A program made the translations under genes and the position numbers. DNA of 55,849 nucleotides, the filler included, from Platydemus manokwari (lineage: Eukaryota): NCBI GenBank assembly GCA_037951405.1. It is 4 parts of 4 records of this genome, joined end to end, with 100 filler letters (N's around TTAATTAATTAA, not from the genome) between each part and the next. Parts side by side here need not be neighbours in the genome. Positions count along the whole stretch, not along the records: positions 46,463 to 55,849 come from JBBMOY011255875.1; 3 more parts are not named here. One strand, 5' to 3'. The notes under the pieces were generated by a model. The model saw nothing but the letters and a program-made list of their open reading frames with translations. It made no database searches and was not told the DNA's origin. This document shows, in pieces, positions 51,314 through 55,849 of this stretch (position 1 is the stretch's first letter; every line of letters begins with the position of its first letter).

Positions 51314-51798
51314 CCGTAATCGCCCAAGTATAATGCCTACCCAAATATAATGCTCCTCCTACTTTTAAATTTAAAAACTGGTCTTTTTCGACAAACCCAA
51401 GTATAACGCTCCCCTAAGTTAAAAAATTAAGATTTTTTGTGAATAAAATTTTATTTCAGATAATTACATTTTCTGCAATTCAATCAGAATCATTTGTCTG
51501 CGGAATTGTGAATTCTCTGGAAGAAGCCCAGTTATCATTTGCATCTGCAAAGTTTATGACTTTAAGCTTGAAGGAAGCGTCATAACAAGATCTCTTTCTT
51601 TTTAATTCTGGCGTGTCAGTCATGCTTGTTGGGGGAACAGAATGGTTGTCGTTTAAAAATTGTTAATAAACGTACTTATCTTATTACATAATCATTGCAT
51701 AACTTGATCTTTCTTACATACTCAAGTATAATACTCTCCCCATTTTTAATGTTGAAATTTGAGACGAAAATGGGAGCATTATACTTGGGTGATTACGG
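51314..51798 (-). mobile_element. pogo/Tc2-type non-autonomous element (485 bp) retaining a Brinker-type DNA-binding N-terminus
   Basis: TA-flanked TIRs CCGTAATC(G/A)CCCAAGTATAATGC. Internal ATG at 51623 gives MTDTPELKRKRSCYDASFKLKVINFADANDNWASSREF (BrkDBD-like R-SY---FKLKV---A), then truncates. Confidence 0.9.
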
Positions 51799-52122
51799 TA
51801 TATAAAAATATATAATTTTTATTGAAATTAGCCAATGACTTACATTTATGCTATAATGGTATTCAAAATTTTATCACGAACCCAGCCAAGTAAATAATTT
51901 TAAAATATAACCTACAATTGAGATCATACGCTTAATCATTGAAAAAACTTTCCATTTGCATTTAAAATAATTATTAATAATACATTACCTCATTAATCAT
52001 TCGATAAATATTTTTGATTTTCAATTAAGGGTTTTTGATATTTTCCAATAAATCATTAAATAAAAATTTAATAAATTTCAGAAATAATGATCATCAGATA
52101 TTTATCGAATTTTTATTTGTAG

Positions 52123-53850
52123 AGTTAAACAACTATTTGGATTATGAACCAGGTGAAGCGACTTGCAATCTCATGAAAATGTCCTTCAACGAAAATTATC
52201 GTCGCATCATTTGTAGTTTAGGTAAGAAAGTTGTACGATTATAAAAGTTACATCATTAGAAATTTGTTCAAGTATTTTTCAACGATTAAAGCAGTCAAAT
52301 TCACACAACGACACGTTAAATATTTCCATTAATTACAATGTTATCGATTTATCAATCGAAAATTTCCCAAAAATAATTTTGACATTCACAGTGGATCATG
52401 AAAATATGAAATAGATTTCATGTATTTACATTAAAAGTTTTTTTCACGATGATCTGACATGTGGACTACGGCTAGTGATGAATCATATGATTTCGTTCGC
52501 CGAGTCACTGTCTGTACAGCAGTGGCTCAAAATAACTATTTTCTGATGTGTTTTTCTGTGTGCCTTGAATATAATTGGTTAGTTTTAAATTGAAAATTTA
52601 GAAAATGAATTTGGTTGTGAAATATTATTTATCGATCAAAAATGAATCATTCGTCTATTTGGCATATAAGGAAATTTGAGTCTACGAATTTAATTTAATG
52701 GATAATCTGAAAATTGAAAAAATATTTTTATTGATGTCAATTGTTTTACATTTGAAAATTTCGATGAATTATTAATCTGGATTTAATATTTGACTCCGAC
52801 AATATTTGAAATTAAGAATTTAACAGTTATGCTGTCGAAAAACGTGATTAATTTAGAATAAATACAAAATGGATGAAATTGTTTTTGTATATTGTCACAA
52901 TCATAATAGCTGGAAATGTTTCAGTTTATCCTCTCACCAATGTCATCATTTTCCCATTGATTTTATTTGAAAAGCTTTGGAGATGAAATCTATGCGTTTT
53001 ATTTTAGATGAACGTTTTTTCTTAAGAACCGATGCTTTTCGTCTTGATATACTCGCTTTTGAATCTCCAGATTGACCAAATTTCCTTTAATTGTGCATTT
53101 TCTTTCACGAGATAAAATTTTATATTCCTTGATATTTATTCTGATAGTTTTTGCATTGTAATTAATTATTGTATTAGCTGGAACTTTTAAATTTTATCTT
53201 AAGAAATCCACAAAAAATTTTAAAATAAAATTTGTTTTCAATATTTTTTCATGTTTCGAGTTCTCATGCAAACATAAAAATAATTTATAACGGTTTGAAC
53301 ACTGTTGCAATCATGCTCGTTAAGTGTTATCAATGAAGAAGTGCTAAATCTCAAAGAAAAAATTTCTTTATTATTTGGAATGATTTGTCATTGGTGAAAG
53401 GATATTTTATTTGGGGTTTTAATGAACTTGTTCGAATTAGAACGATAAAATATTTAAAACGGTAAGTACTCTTATAAATTTTGTTAAATACAATATATTG
53501 ATATCAGCACAAGCAACTATTAAAATTTGTAATTTTATGTCTAGAAATAGATAGATATCTCTTAATTTTTTTTACAAAATCTTCATTATCAATGTTTATG
53601 TTTCATTTGGATTTATCAAAGTTTAATTTTAGGCGGTCTTGAAGCATTAGCACAATTAATAGTTATTAATAACAATGTACTTGGTGATCGAGCCAACAAT
53701 TATCATTTGACTGTTCGCAGATACGCTTGTATGGCATTGACTAATTTGACATTTGGTATTAGTGAAAATAAAGCGCTATTATGCTCGATCCCTCCTGTTC
53801 TCAAGACATTAGCTAATTTTTTATCGAGTTACAGTGAAGAAGTCAAACAG
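52123..53850 (+). CDS. APC: Adenomatous polyposis coli protein, two armadillo-repeat exons (partial gene)
   Basis: Exons 52123-52221 (ATCNLMKMSFNENYRRIICSLG) and 53633-53850 (GLEALAQL...LTVRRYACMALTNLTFGISENKALLCS...SEEVKQ). They align by eye to APC LMKLSFDEEHRHAMNELGGL...LRRYAGMALTNLTFGDVANKATLCS. Phases are compatible. Confidence 0.93.
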
Positions 53851-55105
53851 GTAATGTTATTATGGATATTGTTTACGTGATTTATAAATTTTCTTTTGGA
53901 CTTTTCATTTCTCTGAGTTATTTTTTCTGAAATCTTCGGTAAACATAAAAAATTCTCTATTTCAATATGATATCTAAAAAATCATCTGGTGTTTGCCAAT
54001 GATATGAATTAGCTATTCATGTAAATATATTTCAAGAGAGATATTATGAATTCCTATTTTCAAAAAGCTATTATATTAACATTTTAACGAACCTGTTTGT
54101 AATATATAGAAAATTTTCAGACATAATACTAAATTATTTAAAGTTTTTTTGCGAGCTGCCAATATAATTTTGAATAGATTTAAAAAATGGTTATTTTCTT
54201 GTAAAAAATTGACTTTGGTTCTGCTCTTGTTTAGATCTTGTGAGTTTTTTTGTATTAATTCTTTGAATTCATTACAATTATCTCTTATCATTGCATAATT
54301 ATTTAAATATTATCTATAATTTTATTTATTACTTGATAATAAAATTTTTGGACGGAAGTGTGGGATAATTTCAGTTCAGCTTATCTGTAAAGAACAATTC
54401 TAAAGTCTCCAAATAAATATTTCGTGAAGTAGATGAAGGATTAATTGTGAAAATATTAATATTCTAGCAAATATCTTTAAATATCCTTGCATTCATGGAT
54501 AAATGCATTCGGTGTTATTTATATGTTATAAATATATTATTATTGCTATTATTGTCAAAAAGGCATGGCCAATATGAGCCGAATAAATAAAGATGAATGA
54601 ATAAAGAATTAAGAAAAGTATTTTGGAATGGGGATGTCTTATTTCAAATTTTTACACTGCATTTGTCAAGGAAATGTTCTCACGAAAATCAAAACGCAAG
54701 TACATGTTTTGGGAATTGGTGAATTGCAAAATGATACCAGGTTGGAATCTTTGTACTCACAGATATTGATGAGTATTAACGATTACGAGACAGGTCTAGC
54801 AGTAGACCGGCTTGTGGAATTGAAAGTAATTCAATCAGTGATTCAATCCTCTTTAATTTAATATTAATTCTTTTTATGATTGGGATGATATTAATAGGAC
54901 GAGAAATATCTTATCACATTTTAATGTTTGATTTGGTATGGAATTCACAAGCCAGATGTTAATTAGATGAAGTGATCATGTTTAATTTATCATCTACTGA
55001 TTCTAAGTAGGACTAAATAATCGTGTTATTAGTGTGCCATCATATGTCATGAACGCCAGCAGTTGGATCAGTCTCCTCTAATAATATATAACTAATAATA
55101 TATAT

Positions 55106-55814
55106 CAGTGGTTTTCAACCAGGGTTCCATCCATAGACTCCAAGGGGTTTCGAAATTTCTAAATTAGAATAACGAACAAATGAATAACATGTTAAATTCA
55201 ATTTCGAAAATCTATTTTATTATTGTTTTTATTATTATTATTTCATTATTAGTTTTATTATTATTTATTGTTTAAATATGCTAAATTTAACATAATTAAA
55301 CTCGCTTCATTTGAATGATCACTTTGTCCTAGCACTATTAGGTTTGCTTTTATATATATTTTGGTTGGTGGTTGAAAAGAATTATACTGTAATTGCTCAG
55401 AAAGCACTACGACTTTTTGTACAATTTTCAACCTCATATTTGTGTGAATTTGGATTTCCAGCTCTGACAACCATCAGATACAATAAGCGAGCACAATTGC
55501 TGTACGTCGAAGATGAATTTCGTGTGGGTCTGTCAAAAACACAACTGAATCTTAAAGAGTTGAGCCAGAAACACCAGGCCCAAATTTCCCACTGAGTTTT
55601 TGATAACAATAAATTTAATCTTCAAAAATGTCCAATTTCGTTTTAATTTCATCAACAAACATGTGCAATACTTTGAACATAAATACTTATATTTCATTTT
55701 TAAAAATAAATGCTGTTTTCTGCATAAAACAATGAAATTATTGCACAGTGGTTCCTCGAGCCAGAGAAATGTTTCCGTGGGGTTTCTCTTCATCAAAAAT
55801 GTTGAAAACCACTG
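55106..55814 (+). mobile_element. Internally deleted hAT (Buster/Charlie) element, 709 bp
   Basis: Perfect 14-bp TIRs CAGTGGTTTTCAAC/GTTGAAAACCACTG. The 8-bp flanks atatatat/atatagac match at 6/8 with a central TA. ORF 55311-55595 is the hAT C-terminal dimerisation domain FW...FSTSYLCEFGF...QAQISH. Confidence 0.95.
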
Positions 55815-55849
55815 ATATAGACATTACTTACTGACTACTTAATAAAAAT

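Noticed and set aside
1-55849. CRISPR arrays, tRNA/rRNA/SL RNA genes, prokaryotic-style systems
   Set aside because: No repeat-spacer periodicity, cloverleaf, rRNA or spliced-leader sequence was recognised by eye. The DNA is intron-containing eukaryotic sequence.

Overview
Strongly AT-rich eukaryotic (metazoan) genomic DNA with many 40-60 nt introns and dense decayed transposons. The style is compatible with a flatworm such as a planarian, but that is inference only. The window is five contig pieces separated by one plain N gap and three N gaps carrying an artificial TTAATTAATTAA spacer, so adjacency across those gaps is not guaranteed. Genes reconstructed by hand: a complete 12-exon RBBP6/Mpe1 (DWNN, zinc knuckle, RING; minus strand, 3277-7770); the 5' four exons of asparagine synthetase (+, 16516-17902, remainder missing); a near-complete CCDC181 (-, 22515-29451) with RFX X-box-like motifs; two exons of a caspase-like gene missed by the ORF track (-, 47191-47399); and two armadillo-repeat exons of APC (+, 52123-53850). 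Mobile DNA includes hAT/Buster-Charlie (one decayed near-full copy, one deletion derivative, one solo end), mariner-, pogo- and Merlin-derived elements, RLE-clade non-LTR fragments and Ty3/gypsy fragments, plus several local duplications. I cannot support a wholly new biological system here. The best leads are the caspase-like exons antisense to and upstream of the APC exons, a possible DWNN-only RBBP6 isoform, the X-boxes, and decayed hammerhead-like cores.
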